Source of the DNA: Candidatus Falkowbacteria bacterium
GTDB taxonomy: Bacteria > Patescibacteriota > Patescibacteriia > UBA11705 > JABHMO01
Length of the DNA stretch: 64,000 nt
Assembly (NCBI GenBank): GCA_016214755.1
Contig: JACRNX010000031.1
Location: forward strand, 18,020-82,019
Reading direction: 5' to 3'
Positions 55,311 through 64,000 of this stretch are shown piece after piece. The notes below the pieces were generated by a model. The model ran no database searches and was not told the origin of the DNA. It worked only from the letters and a program-made list of their open reading frames with translations. Numbering within the stretch: position 1 is the first letter of the stretch; every line of letters starts with the position of its first letter. The position numbers and the translations under genes were made by a program.

Positions 55311-56309
55311 TTAAAAATGTCTGGAATTATAAATAATTTCACTGCCGTGAGACGAGAGTTCAACTTGCAATTCCTTTAAATCCGCTAATGCTTTCCTCAC
55401 ATTTTCATGATTTTCTGGCTTGCAATAGAAAAGTAAAAAACCGCCGCCGCCTGAACCAAGCAATTTCCCGCCTATCGCGCCCGCCTTGATTGCTCTTTCG
55501 TAATAATCATTAATTGCGTCATTGCTTATTTTACTCGCCAATTCTCTTTTTGCCAGCCAGCCCTGATGCAGAGTATTGCCGATATTATCTAAATTATTTT
55601 GCTTTAATTCTGAACGCAATTGTTCGGCATATCCAACCATTCTGATTAATTTATTTCTAGTTTCTTCTTTAGTTAAAGTATTGGCTTTCTGCTCGCTTAA
55701 AACTGCTTTTGAGTCAGAGTTCATGTTTGTATTGAAAAGAAGCAAATTTTGATTTAAATAGCGCCTGCTTTTATCATCAAGATGAATTGGTTCGGCGATT
55801 ACATTGTCGTCGGCATTGAAACGAAAATAATTCAGTCCGCCAAAAGCGGCCGCGTATTGGTCTTGTTTACCAATCGGCTGGTCCAGCAACTCAATCTCTA
55901 TTTTGCAAGCTTGTTCAGCCAGCATCTCCGGCGAAACTTGAACACCTTTGTACGCGTAAAGAGCGTTTAACACGCCAACGGCAATACTGCTGGAAGAACC
56001 CAACCCTGTTCCCCAATCGTACGGCTGAACATCAGCCATATAAACAATATCTATTCCCTTATTAATGCCGCCAACAAGTTTGAGCGCTTCTCTGATTATA
56101 TTGTGCTGAATTTTTTCTATATCGTAAACCAATTCTGTTTGCGAATAGCTGACGCGGATGTAATCATCAAATTTTTTATTGACAATCACATAAACATATT
56201 TATTAATCGTCGTGCTGACCACGGCGCCGTATCCTGTTTGATAAAAGGCCTTAAGGTCAGAGCCGCCGCCGCTAAAACTCATTCTAAGGGGTGTGCGCGA
56301 AATAATCAT
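55311..56309 (-). CDS. hddA: D-glycero-alpha-D-manno-heptose-7-phosphate kinase (GHMP family)
   Basis: Motifs RTPLRMSFSGGGSD, GTGLGSSS, GKQDQYAAAFGG and GGKLLGSGGGGF. Confidence 0.9.
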   Translation of the reverse strand: MIISRTPLRMSFSGGGSDLKAFYQTGYGAVVSTTINKYVYVIVNKKFDDYIRVSYSQTELVYDIEKIQHNIIREALKLVGGINKGIDIVYMADVQPYDWGTGLGSSSSIAVGVLNALYAYKGVQVSPEMLAEQACKIEIELLDQPIGKQDQYAAAFGGLNYFRFNADDNVIAEPIHLDDKSRRYLNQNLLLFNTNMNSDSKAVLSEQKANTLTKEETRNKLIRMVGYAEQLRSELKQNNLDNIGNTLHQGWLAKRELASKISNDAINDYYERAIKAGAIGGKLLGSGGGGFLLFYCKPENHENVRKALADLKELQVELSSHGSEIIYNSRHF

Positions 56310-56322
56310 ATTTAATAAATTT

Positions 56323-57075
56323 TCAATTTAAATTTGGCCGATTGTTGACGCAGATAGCAATAAAAGAATAAGCGTCGCGCAGTTCTGTCGTAATTGGGTA
56401 ATTATCGGGCGATAACTCGTTTTGACCTGGAATGTAAAAAATTTTTCTCGTTAAACTGCAAATTGTTTTTGGCAAGTAATTCCTAATTTTAAATGGGTCA
56501 AAATGCCAAAGAAACCGCAGCCGCGCCGAACCGTCATTTTTTAACAAGCCTAGGACATTCAAGACCTTAAATTGCCTGGATAATTCTTCAACCAGCGTGA
56601 TTTTGTCATATTCGCGATAATGAACGGGATTTGTGTTTTTCGTTTTGGCAATGTTCGGCGTAATTACAATCAATGCGCCATTTTCTTTAAGGTGTTTTTT
56701 TATTGTTATTAAATATCTCTGGGGGTCAACCATTTGCTGAATCACGTCCACGGAAATTGCCGCCTCAAAATTTTTATCCGCCAAATCAAAATCATGCAAA
56801 TCCGTCAAAACGAACGAAGTATTGGCGATATTCAAACTATGCGCGATTTCAATCGCTTTTGCGTTTCCGTCTAATCCAACCGCTGACTGAAAATAGGGCT
56901 CTAACAATTTTATTGACCAGCCCGCGCCGCAGCCAGCATCTAATATTTTTTTTCCAAAGACAAACGGTATCAAAAAATTATGCTTTGCTTTATGGATATT
57001 AATTACAACGCTGTCGGTTGTTGCTTTGCCAACGCGCGTTTGTTCGTCTGATTTGGGGTCAATGATTTTCTTCAT
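56323..57075 (-). CDS. class I SAM-dependent methyltransferase
   Basis: Motifs ILDAGCGAG, TPN and NPVHYREY. Confidence 0.88.
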   Translation of the reverse strand: MKKIIDPKSDEQTRVGKATTDSVVINIHKAKHNFLIPFVFGKKILDAGCGAGWSIKLLEPYFQSAVGLDGNAKAIEIAHSLNIANTSFVLTDLHDFDLADKNFEAAISVDVIQQMVDPQRYLITIKKHLKENGALIVITPNIAKTKNTNPVHYREYDKITLVEELSRQFKVLNVLGLLKNDGSARLRFLWHFDPFKIRNYLPKTICSLTRKIFYIPGQNELSPDNYPITTELRDAYSFIAICVNNRPNLN

Positions 57076-57114
57076 GGGTTAATGTGGAATAATTATTGAC
57101 TTTTCACAATTAGA

Positions 57115-57143
57115 TTGACAAGATTATCTCTTGGCGAGATAAT
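57115..57143 (+). promoter_or_regulatory. IS630 transposase promoter, overlapped by an 8-bp inverted repeat
   Basis: TTGACA (57115-57120, inside the left IR), a 17-nt spacer, then GATAAT (57138-57143). ATTATCTC/GAGATAAT form a hairpin at 57123-57143. The ATG follows at 57152. Confidence 0.6.
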
Positions 57144-57151
57144 GGAAGCAT

Positions 57152-58206
57152 ATGAACCATGCTCATACTCTTTCATTATCCCATCGGGATAGAACGGCCA
57201 TGGAGCGCCGGCGGCTTAAAGCCGCGAAGCTCTTCGCCAAAGGTCGTAGACAGGCTGATGTGGCCAGAACCCTCGGAGTTAGCCGTGAGGCGGTTCGCCA
57301 GTGGCATGATATCTGGAAAAAGAAGGGGAAGATTGCTTTGCAAAGCGCCGGCAAACCAGGTCCCAAGTCTCAACTAACGCCCGAAAAATTAAGATTAGTG
57401 AAGAAAGCATTGTTAAGAGGTCCGACGGCCCATGGATTTGCCACTCAGCTGTGGACACTTGAACGGATCGCGGCCATGATCAGGAAAGTGGCCGACGTTT
57501 CTCACGGTACGACGCGGGTGTGGCAGGTGTTACAATCTCTTAATTGGTCGTGCCAAAGGCCTGAAACACGCGCCCATGAACGAAATGAGGCGGCCATCCG
57601 CCGCTGGCAAAACACCGCCTGGCCGCGCATTAAAAAAAAGCAATGCGAATAGGCGCAAAATTGGTCTTCTGGGACGAATCCGGCATTTCGCAAAAAGCGA
57701 GCGTCCGGCGAACATGGTCTCCCAAAGGGCGCACGCCGGTTATTGTTTCGACCGGCTCATGGCGGTCGCGGTCGGTTATCGGCATTATTACCTGCACACC
57801 GCGCGGCAGAAAGCCGAAACTGTTTCTAAGGATTTTCAAACACGCCATCAAATATCCGGATATCATTCGATGCCTCAAAGAGCTGCACCGTCATGTCAAA
57901 GAACGAATAATTTTAATGTGGGACGGTTTGCCCGGTCATCGGGCACGCGCTACTCGTTTGTTTCTGATAACGCAGAGACACTGGCTCGAAACGCATCGTT
58001 TCCCCGCCTATGCGCCGGAGTTAAATCCGCCGGAATATCTGTTTTCCGCACTAAAATCCCGCAATCTTACCGGCCTACATGTGGCCACCATCGATGAAAT
58101 TGATGCCCACATTAAAATCGGCAAGCGTCGTCTCCAAAGGCGACCGGATATTCTGAATGGTTTTTTAAAAGAGTCGAGATTGTTTGATAAAGAGTTGTCA
58201 ATCTAA
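57152..58206 (+). CDS. IS630 transposase, expressed by -1 frameshift (OrfA 57152..57652 HTH, OrfB 57643..58206 DDE)
   Basis: HTH (QADVARTLGVSREAVRQW) and WTLERI. Slippery A-AAA-AAG within the A8G run at 57632-57640. DDE motifs WDESG, WDGLPGH and PAYAPELNPPE. Confidence 0.92.
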
Positions 58207-59241
58207 TTGTGAAAAGTCAATAGAGCCGGGCAAATTCTGGTTGACAAGTTCTAATATGCGTTTTTCAATCAGCTCATCAATGGCCTTAACTTCGCCCGGC
58301 CAGCCCTGGCTGTAATCATGAAATATGATCGGCGCGCCATTATTTAAGTGCGGTTGAATATGCTGAAAAATTTCCATGATTTCATCGTAAGTGTGAAATA
58401 AATCAATAAAGGCAAAATCATATATTTCCTTGTTATCCCGCAGAAAATCTTGATATAACATTTTTTGAGGAATTATTACGGCCTTATATTCAGAATTAAA
58501 AGAAATATTCTTAATGAATTCGTCGTAAAAGCTCTCTCCGTATGTTTGCGCAAATTTTTCTTCTATGGCGATGCCTTCCCAACCAAAGGTATCAACTGAA
58601 GTGACTGAACCGCCGTTGTTTTTTAGTACGCCTTTGGCTAAAAAATGTGTGCTTTTGCCACAGGCCGGACCAAGCTCAAGAATTTTTTTGCCTTTTGTCG
58701 CCATAACAGCTTTTTCCAAATATTTTCCCTCTTCTAAAATAAATTGCCCCCGCCGGCTGGAAAAATAATCATACAACGCCAGCTCGCCCAAATCGTTGAC
58801 AGTCGCCATACCGTTTTTGCGGATCGGTTTGAATGCGTTGTAATAATAATTGTCAAAATACCAATCAAATTCAATCGGCGAGTACGACTCGCAATATAAA
58901 CCAATCTCGATAAAATCCTGTGGCTCGCTTAACCCGGAAGCGATCAATGCCTGCGATATTTCTTCCCAATGTCTGGAGGCGATGACAATCAGACATTGAT
59001 TTGACCTGTTGACGCTTTCTTTACGAAATTCTTCAAAGCGAACAATTTTGATTTTGTCAAGATGACAATTTTGGGCATTCTGGTCAATAAATCCTTGAAT
59101 TTGAACATTTAATTCACTTTGCAGAGCTGACTGCAATCGTCCACCCATAAACCCGGCGCCGTAGATCCAAATCGGTCTTTTATTCAAATCAAAAAATGAA
59201 TTTAAAATTTTTAATACACTATCACCGTTTTCGTTTGTCAT
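58198..59241 (-). CDS. SAM methyltransferase (Methyltransf_24-like) with N-terminal Rossmann domain; C-terminus altered by the IS630
   Basis: Motifs IYGAGFMG, LELGPACGKST, SVDTF, FIDLFHTY and FHDY. The last residues IDFSQLD* are encoded by the IS right IR. Confidence 0.82.
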   Translation of the reverse strand: MTNENGDSVLKILNSFFDLNKRPIWIYGAGFMGGRLQSALQSELNVQIQGFIDQNAQNCHLDKIKIVRFEEFRKESVNRSNQCLIVIASRHWEEISQALIASGLSEPQDFIEIGLYCESYSPIEFDWYFDNYYYNAFKPIRKNGMATVNDLGELALYDYFSSRRGQFILEEGKYLEKAVMATKGKKILELGPACGKSTHFLAKGVLKNNGGSVTSVDTFGWEGIAIEEKFAQTYGESFYDEFIKNISFNSEYKAVIIPQKMLYQDFLRDNKEIYDFAFIDLFHTYDEIMEIFQHIQPHLNNGAPIIFHDYSQGWPGEVKAIDELIEKRILELVNQNLPGSIDFSQLD

Positions 59242-59249
59242 AATTTACT

Positions 59250-60962
59250 TTATGTTATGGCTGAAATAATTCTCTCGGCTACTCTGGTCGCGCCGTTCGC
59301 ATCTATGGCGCCAACTAAACCTTTTTCAATTTGAGACATTTTTGCAAACGCGTTAAAGGTTTTGTGAAATTGTTCTTGGTCAATCTCGCCAATCAGGCCA
59401 AAATATTTAAAATTTTTTGTCTTCAAAAAATTTTTATTTAGTTTTTCTTCGTGTTGCGCTATCGCCAAAACCGGAACCTGCAAATAAAACGCTTCGTAGA
59501 TTGATTGGCCGAATCCCAATATCACGAAATGACAGCCAGCCAGCGCTTCGGCGAACGATTTGTTGTCGCCGAGAACAAAGGTATTCAGATTTAATTTATT
59601 GATTTGCCTTTTCACCTGCGATCTTTTTTTATTAAACGGGCCCAGATATACGCCGAATGGCTGTTTGAATCCCCCGTTATCCAAAAACTTTAGAATTTTC
59701 CAAGTTATGTTTTTAGGGTCAGCGCCGCCACCGCAAATTAAAACATATTTCCCCTTTTTTCTTTTTTGCCTTTTAATCTCGTTTCGGATGATCGCGTATT
59801 GCGCGCCGAAAATTATATTTTTCCATTTAAATGGAATCACGCTGTGGCCATTGGGAATAATGTACAAATCCGCGCCATTTACTTTTTTGTCTAGCCGATC
59901 AATGACAATAACCTTTCTCGCGCCACGCCTGATTTGTTTAATGCTGACATCAAACAGCGTATCAATTATTACTCCAGTAGCGTTGTTTGACTTCAAAAAA
60001 TTATAAAAATCATTTTCTGAATCTATGACAAAATAATTAAAATTATTTTCAGACAATGTCTTTTCCGTCTGTTTGTTTCGTCGGGCGACAAAAGTTATTC
60101 CGCAAAAATATTTGTCTTGCAATTCCTTGGCCAGCGCCATCATTCTTTGCAAATGGCCCAGCCCGATTTTTTCAGAAGCGTCAGTTCTGATTATAAATTT
60201 ATGACTAACGTCTATTTTTGATTTTTGCTTTACTTCCGCGTTGATCAACCACAATTTTTTGTCCTTTTTATAAAGCGCGATTACTTTATTCAGATTAATA
60301 AGCTCTTTTCGATTTTTCCATAAACGATTGTAAATTTCCCTCATAAATCGCAAGTCGGAAATTGTATCAACCGAGAGTCGGAGCATATGTTTATTAAAAG
60401 GAGCGCGCAAATTCACTTCAAACCATTTGAATTTCTCAGAATTTTCTTTTAAATAAATATTCAAATGTTCTTTATGATAGGGCTGACTCGCATTCTGATA
60501 CTGGACTTCAAGCGCGGACATCTTGCAGACATCAAGCCCTTCGTGCTGGCATTGCTGGCCACTTTTTAATTTGGCTGAATCAGCTTTTGTCTTTATCATT
60601 CCCGTGACTACATCGTCAACAAATTTTGGGTCAATCAGCGGACAATCGCCGCAAATGCCGGCAATGATGTCCGCCTTTACCCATTTCGCCGCGGCCAGAA
60701 CGCGACCGACGACATCGTTGATATCGCCGTGATAACGAAAAACTCTGTAACCTATATTTTTGACATATTTTGCCAGCGGATTATCGGTTTTATCGCTCGA
60801 AGTAGCTAAAATTATTTCATCAATCGTTTTAGTTCTTTTTAAACGATCAAAAATATGCCAAATCATCGGTCGGCCGTTGATATCAATTAATGCTTTGCCC
60901 GGCAAGCGCGAGGATGACATTCTCGCCCTGACGATAGCTACAACCCGTGTTCTTTTTTCCAT
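59250..60962 (-). CDS. fusion of an SpsF/PseF-like cytidylyltransferase and an SpsG/PseG-like UDP-sugar hydrolase
   Basis: N-terminal ARMSSSRLPGK, GDCPLID and RLSVDT. C-terminal RTDASEKIGLGHLQR and GGADP. Start set at MEKRTRV. Confidence 0.88.
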   Translation of the reverse strand: MEKRTRVVAIVRARMSSSRLPGKALIDINGRPMIWHIFDRLKRTKTIDEIILATSSDKTDNPLAKYVKNIGYRVFRYHGDINDVVGRVLAAAKWVKADIIAGICGDCPLIDPKFVDDVVTGMIKTKADSAKLKSGQQCQHEGLDVCKMSALEVQYQNASQPYHKEHLNIYLKENSEKFKWFEVNLRAPFNKHMLRLSVDTISDLRFMREIYNRLWKNRKELINLNKVIALYKKDKKLWLINAEVKQKSKIDVSHKFIIRTDASEKIGLGHLQRMMALAKELQDKYFCGITFVARRNKQTEKTLSENNFNYFVIDSENDFYNFLKSNNATGVIIDTLFDVSIKQIRRGARKVIVIDRLDKKVNGADLYIIPNGHSVIPFKWKNIIFGAQYAIIRNEIKRQKRKKGKYVLICGGGADPKNITWKILKFLDNGGFKQPFGVYLGPFNKKRSQVKRQINKLNLNTFVLGDNKSFAEALAGCHFVILGFGQSIYEAFYLQVPVLAIAQHEEKLNKNFLKTKNFKYFGLIGEIDQEQFHKTFNAFAKMSQIEKGLVGAIDANGATRVAERIISAIT

Positions 60963-61828
60963 ATGTCTCTTGTTTTTAACAATGGCCGCAATCCATCGCT
61001 CGGGTCTGCCCGCCATTCACGGTCAATTGATTCGCTTTCCTTGCAACGTTTCACTCCGTCGCCGTCGCTAAGGGTGTAATCAGCTGTCAAATTAACATCT
61101 GCCTTGATGTCTCGGATAACTTTTTCAATTTGTTCCGGAAGCCAATTATATCCGCGCGCGAATTCTTCCCCTTTTCCGTCCAAATCCAAATGGAATTCTA
61201 TGCTTGAGGCCTGCCATCTAAACGCGGCGCGCGACAAAACTTTTTCATCAACGCTGTGATCTGACCAGCCGGCCAAACAGTTAAACATTTTTCTGTATGT
61301 TTCCAAGACCGACAAATTGCATTCAGCCGCCGGCGCGGGATAACTGGACACGCAATGGTACAAGGTGATTTCTTTGGCGTCGGATTTTTTTAAAATATTA
61401 ACTGCCTTAGCCACTTCTTCAGTATTGGCCATTCCTGTCGCGAGTTTAATCGGTTTTCCTGTCCACGCGCATTTTTTCAACAATCCCTCCCAAAGAATTT
61501 CGTATGACGCGATTTTAAAATAATCAACATAAGGCGCGAGAATATCCACTGCTTTCTGATAAAACGGCGTGCAGGCGAATTTCAATCCCAACCCGTGGCA
61601 TTCATCAGCCAATTTTGGAATAAATTCAACGGGCAATTCCCATTTTTTCCGGCTGCGATGCTCCTCGCTTGTGGCCAATATCTCGGACGCGAAAAGTTCG
61701 TCAATTTTAAATAATTGGAATTTAACGCCGTCGCAGCCGATTTTTTTCGCGATTTGGATAAATTCCAGACAGCGGCCGAGATTCTGGCTGTGATTGCTTG
61801 AAACTTCGGCGATGAATTCAACATTCAT
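60938..61828 (-). CDS. NeuB/PseI-family nonulosonic acid synthase (short form)
   Basis: Motifs IAEVSSNH, VKFQLF, KIASYE, TGMA, HCVSSYP and GWSDHS. No C-terminal antifreeze-like domain is evident. Confidence 0.9.
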   Translation of the reverse strand: MNVEFIAEVSSNHSQNLGRCLEFIQIAKKIGCDGVKFQLFKIDELFASEILATSEEHRSRKKWELPVEFIPKLADECHGLGLKFACTPFYQKAVDILAPYVDYFKIASYEILWEGLLKKCAWTGKPIKLATGMANTEEVAKAVNILKKSDAKEITLYHCVSSYPAPAAECNLSVLETYRKMFNCLAGWSDHSVDEKVLSRAAFRWQASSIEFHLDLDGKGEEFARGYNWLPEQIEKVIRDIKADVNLTADYTLSDGDGVKRCKESESIDREWRADPSDGLRPLLKTRDIWKKEHGL

Positions 61829-61832
61829 AAAA

Positions 61833-63002
61833 TTAACAAAACTTTTTTATTATTGATTTCACATTCTCAATCAAATAACCTTGCTCATCGTCAGTCAATG
61901 AATAATAAATCGGCAAGCTAACGCATTCAGAATAATATCGGTCGGCGTTAATATATTTTTCAGCGTCATAACCTAATTTTTGGTAATACGAATTGCGATT
62001 GATCGGACGATAATGAATTTGCACTTTTATATTTTTCTCATGCAATTCGTCAAAAATTTGGCGGCGCTTGCTGATTAAATAATCATCGGCCAAACGCAAT
62101 ATATAAAGATGCCAAGCCGGATTGTATTTGCCTAAATCATAAAACGGCAATTTTATTCTAGGCTGTAATTCTGCAAAGGCCTCATTATATCGTTCGGCTA
62201 TCATCCGCCGTCTATTTAAAAACAATCCGACTTTTTTTAATTGGGAAATGCCCAGCGCGCACTGAAAATCAGTTAACCGATAATTGAATCCCAATTCGCG
62301 CATATCATAGCACCAAGCGCCTTCAGCCGCTGTCTCCTCATCTTTATAAATACCGTGACTGCGCAGCGCGCATAATTTTTCATATAATTTTTCACCATTG
62401 GTTGTAATCATTCCACCCTCACCGGTTGTCATGAGTTTCACCGGATGAAAACTAAACACCGCCATGTCTGAATGTTCGCAACTGCCGACTTTATGCCATT
62501 TCCCGTCCGCGAAATAATCCGCGCCCAGCGCGTGGCAAGCGTCTTCAATCACGATTAATTTATTCTTTTGGGCGGTTTCATAAATGCTGGGCAAATCAGC
62601 GGGCAATCCAGCAAAATGGACAGGAATAACCGCTTTGGTTTTTTCAGTGATTTTGTTTTGAATCTGCTTCGGGTCAATATTTATATTATTATAATCAATA
62701 TCAGCGAATATCGGCTTAGCGCCGACGTATAAAAGGCAATTCGCGGTCGCGACAAAACTGATCGGCGTGGTAATCGCTTCGTCGCCATACTCGAAACCAG
62801 CGGCTAACGCGGCGAGATGGAGCGCCGCCGTGCCCGATGAGACCGCAATCGCGAATTTTACGCCGCAATATTCAGCGAACGCGTTTTCAAATTCTTTAAC
62901 CCTTGGCCCTTGGGTCAGCCAATCTGAACGGATAACTTCAATCGCGAAATTAACATCCGAATTATCAATAAATTGTTTGCCGTACGGTATTATTTTGTCC
63001 AT
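61833..63002 (-). CDS. pseC: UDP-4-amino-4,6-dideoxy-N-acetyl-beta-L-altrosamine transaminase
   Basis: Motifs IPYGKQ, WLTQGP, EDACHALG, SFHPVK..TTGEGG and LGFNYRLTD, directly downstream of pseB. Confidence 0.92.
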   Translation of the reverse strand: MDKIIPYGKQFIDNSDVNFAIEVIRSDWLTQGPRVKEFENAFAEYCGVKFAIAVSSGTAALHLAALAAGFEYGDEAITTPISFVATANCLLYVGAKPIFADIDYNNINIDPKQIQNKITEKTKAVIPVHFAGLPADLPSIYETAQKNKLIVIEDACHALGADYFADGKWHKVGSCEHSDMAVFSFHPVKLMTTGEGGMITTNGEKLYEKLCALRSHGIYKDEETAAEGAWCYDMRELGFNYRLTDFQCALGISQLKKVGLFLNRRRMIAERYNEAFAELQPRIKLPFYDLGKYNPAWHLYILRLADDYLISKRRQIFDELHEKNIKVQIHYRPINRNSYYQKLGYDAEKYINADRYYSECVSLPIYYSLTDDEQGYLIENVKSIIKKFC

Positions 63003-63972
63003 TTTCGTATTTGTAAATAATATGCCTCAATTCTTCATCAGAAAGCCAGCGATCGTTATTGTTGCTGTGATATCCCTCAAAATCTTCGGGCAAAGATTTT
63101 TCATCATTGGCAACCGGACCGAAATGAGCCGCCAACGGCCTCATAACGAACCGATCTGCTTTTTCAAACGTGTATCTCGCGTCATCCGCGGTCACAAGCG
63201 TCTCGTGCAATTTCTCGCCCGGTCTTATGCCCGTGATTTTAATTTCCGAATTAGGCGCGATCGCTTTGGCGAGATCAACGACGCGCATGCTCGACAATTT
63301 AGGCACGAAAACCTCTCCTCCGCTCATCATGCCCAAACAATTAATCACAAATTCAACTCCTTGCTCCAATTGTATCCAAAATCGCGTCATTCTAACGTCA
63401 GTCACGGGAATGGGCAATCCTTGCATTTTACATTCGTGAAAAAATGGAATCACGCTGCCGCGCGAACCGAACACATTGCCATAGCGTACGACGCTGAACA
63501 TCGTTCTGTTTGGACAAAATTTATTGGCCGCGATGAATATCTTTTCAGCGCACAATTTCGTCGCGCCATACAAATTCACCGGACTCGCCGCTTTGTCAGT
63601 GCTGATGGCGATAACCTTTTCAACATTTTTATCAATGGCGGCGTTAATTACATTTTGCGTGCCGATTATATTTGTCCTAACCGCTTCAAACGGATTATAT
63701 TCCGCGGTTGGAACTATTTTAAAAGCCGCCGCGTGAATCACAATGTCAACATCATCAAAGGCGCGATGCAATCTTTCCGGATCGCGGATGTCGCCGATGA
63801 AAAATCTCACGTCAGCGTGTTTGAATTTTTCCGCCATTTCATACTGTTTCATTTCGTCGCGGCTGAAGATAATGAGTTTCTTCGGGCGATACTTGGACAG
63901 GACAATTTCCGTGAATTTTTGTCCGAACGAACCGGTCCCGCCGGTTATTAGTACGACCTTATGGTCAAGCAT
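62965..63972 (-). CDS. pseB: UDP-N-acetylglucosamine 4,6-dehydratase (inverting)
   Basis: Motifs TGGTGSFG, SRDEMKQ, EYNPFEA, NLYGATK, RYGNVFGSRGSV, RMTRFWI and GIRPGEKLHE. Confidence 0.95.
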   Translation of the reverse strand: MLDHKVVLITGGTGSFGQKFTEIVLSKYRPKKLIIFSRDEMKQYEMAEKFKHADVRFFIGDIRDPERLHRAFDDVDIVIHAAAFKIVPTAEYNPFEAVRTNIIGTQNVINAAIDKNVEKVIAISTDKAASPVNLYGATKLCAEKIFIAANKFCPNRTMFSVVRYGNVFGSRGSVIPFFHECKMQGLPIPVTDVRMTRFWIQLEQGVEFVINCLGMMSGGEVFVPKLSSMRVVDLAKAIAPNSEIKITGIRPGEKLHETLVTADDARYTFEKADRFVMRPLAAHFGPVANDEKSLPEDFEGYHSNNNDRWLSDEELRHIIYKYENGQNNTVRQTIY

Positions 63973-64000
63973 TTTTTTGTAATTATTTATTAAGTTTGGT

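Larger units (their letters stand above)
57096..58220 (+). mobile_element. IS630-family insertion sequence, 1125 bp
   Basis: Perfect 26-bp IRs TTGACTTTTCACAATTAGATTGACAA at 57096-57121 and 58195-58220, flanked by TA at 57094-57095 and 58221-58222. GC content is visibly higher than in the flanks. Confidence 0.96.

Noticed and set aside
62767-63951. 394-aa plus-strand ORF
   Set aside because: It is an antisense shadow of pseB/pseC with no recognisable motifs. The other short plus-strand and nested ORFs in the track were rejected for the same reason.
1-64000. Alternative genetic code (TGA=Gly/Trp)
   Set aside because: Genes are full length under code 11, and many end at TGA in ATGA overlaps.
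1-64000. CRISPR arrays, tRNA/rRNA genes, prophage or defence genes
   Set aside because: No regularly spaced repeats or RNA-gene signatures were seen, and intergenic space is minimal.

Overview
This AT-rich bacterial window reads in standard code 11. I infer it comes from Patescibacteria/CPR (Parcubacteria, Falkowbacteria-like), based on the C-terminal domain of the surface protein, mostly SD-less AT-rich starts and tight gene overlaps. Bases 1-2580 hold the 5' part of queA, a REP-like palindrome, a CxxC redoxin, an uncalled 52-aa Cys-rich TRASH/YHS-like protein, and a secreted Thr-rich surface protein. Bases 2865-63972 are one co-oriented minus-strand surface-glycan locus of about 50 ORFs that may continue past the right edge. 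Assembly genes: Wzz, Wzx, a Wzy/ligase-family protein, a WecA-like initiator, a PglF/CapD dehydratase, GT2/GT4 enzymes, two GT-C membrane transferases and a DUF1616-like protein. Precursor modules: pseudaminic-acid-like (PseB, PseC, short NeuB, SpsF-PseG fusion; no PseH seen), GDP-heptose (GmhA, HddA, HddC-GmhB) and CDP-6-deoxyhexose (RfbF/RfbG). Tailoring enzymes are unusually numerous: 5 radical SAM domains (3 B12-type, two of them fused to sugar enzymes), 6 SAM methyltransferases, 3 ATP-grasp ligases, a divergent DXS-like carboligase with an SDR, a GH57-like protein and a cytidylyltransferase-PLP enzyme fusion. An intact IS630 (26-bp IRs, TA duplication, -1 frameshift) sits in the 3' end of a methyltransferase gene. 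One putative transferase gene is frameshifted, and a structured palindromic element lies at 28.7 kb. All family assignments come from motif recognition by eye; no database searches were run.
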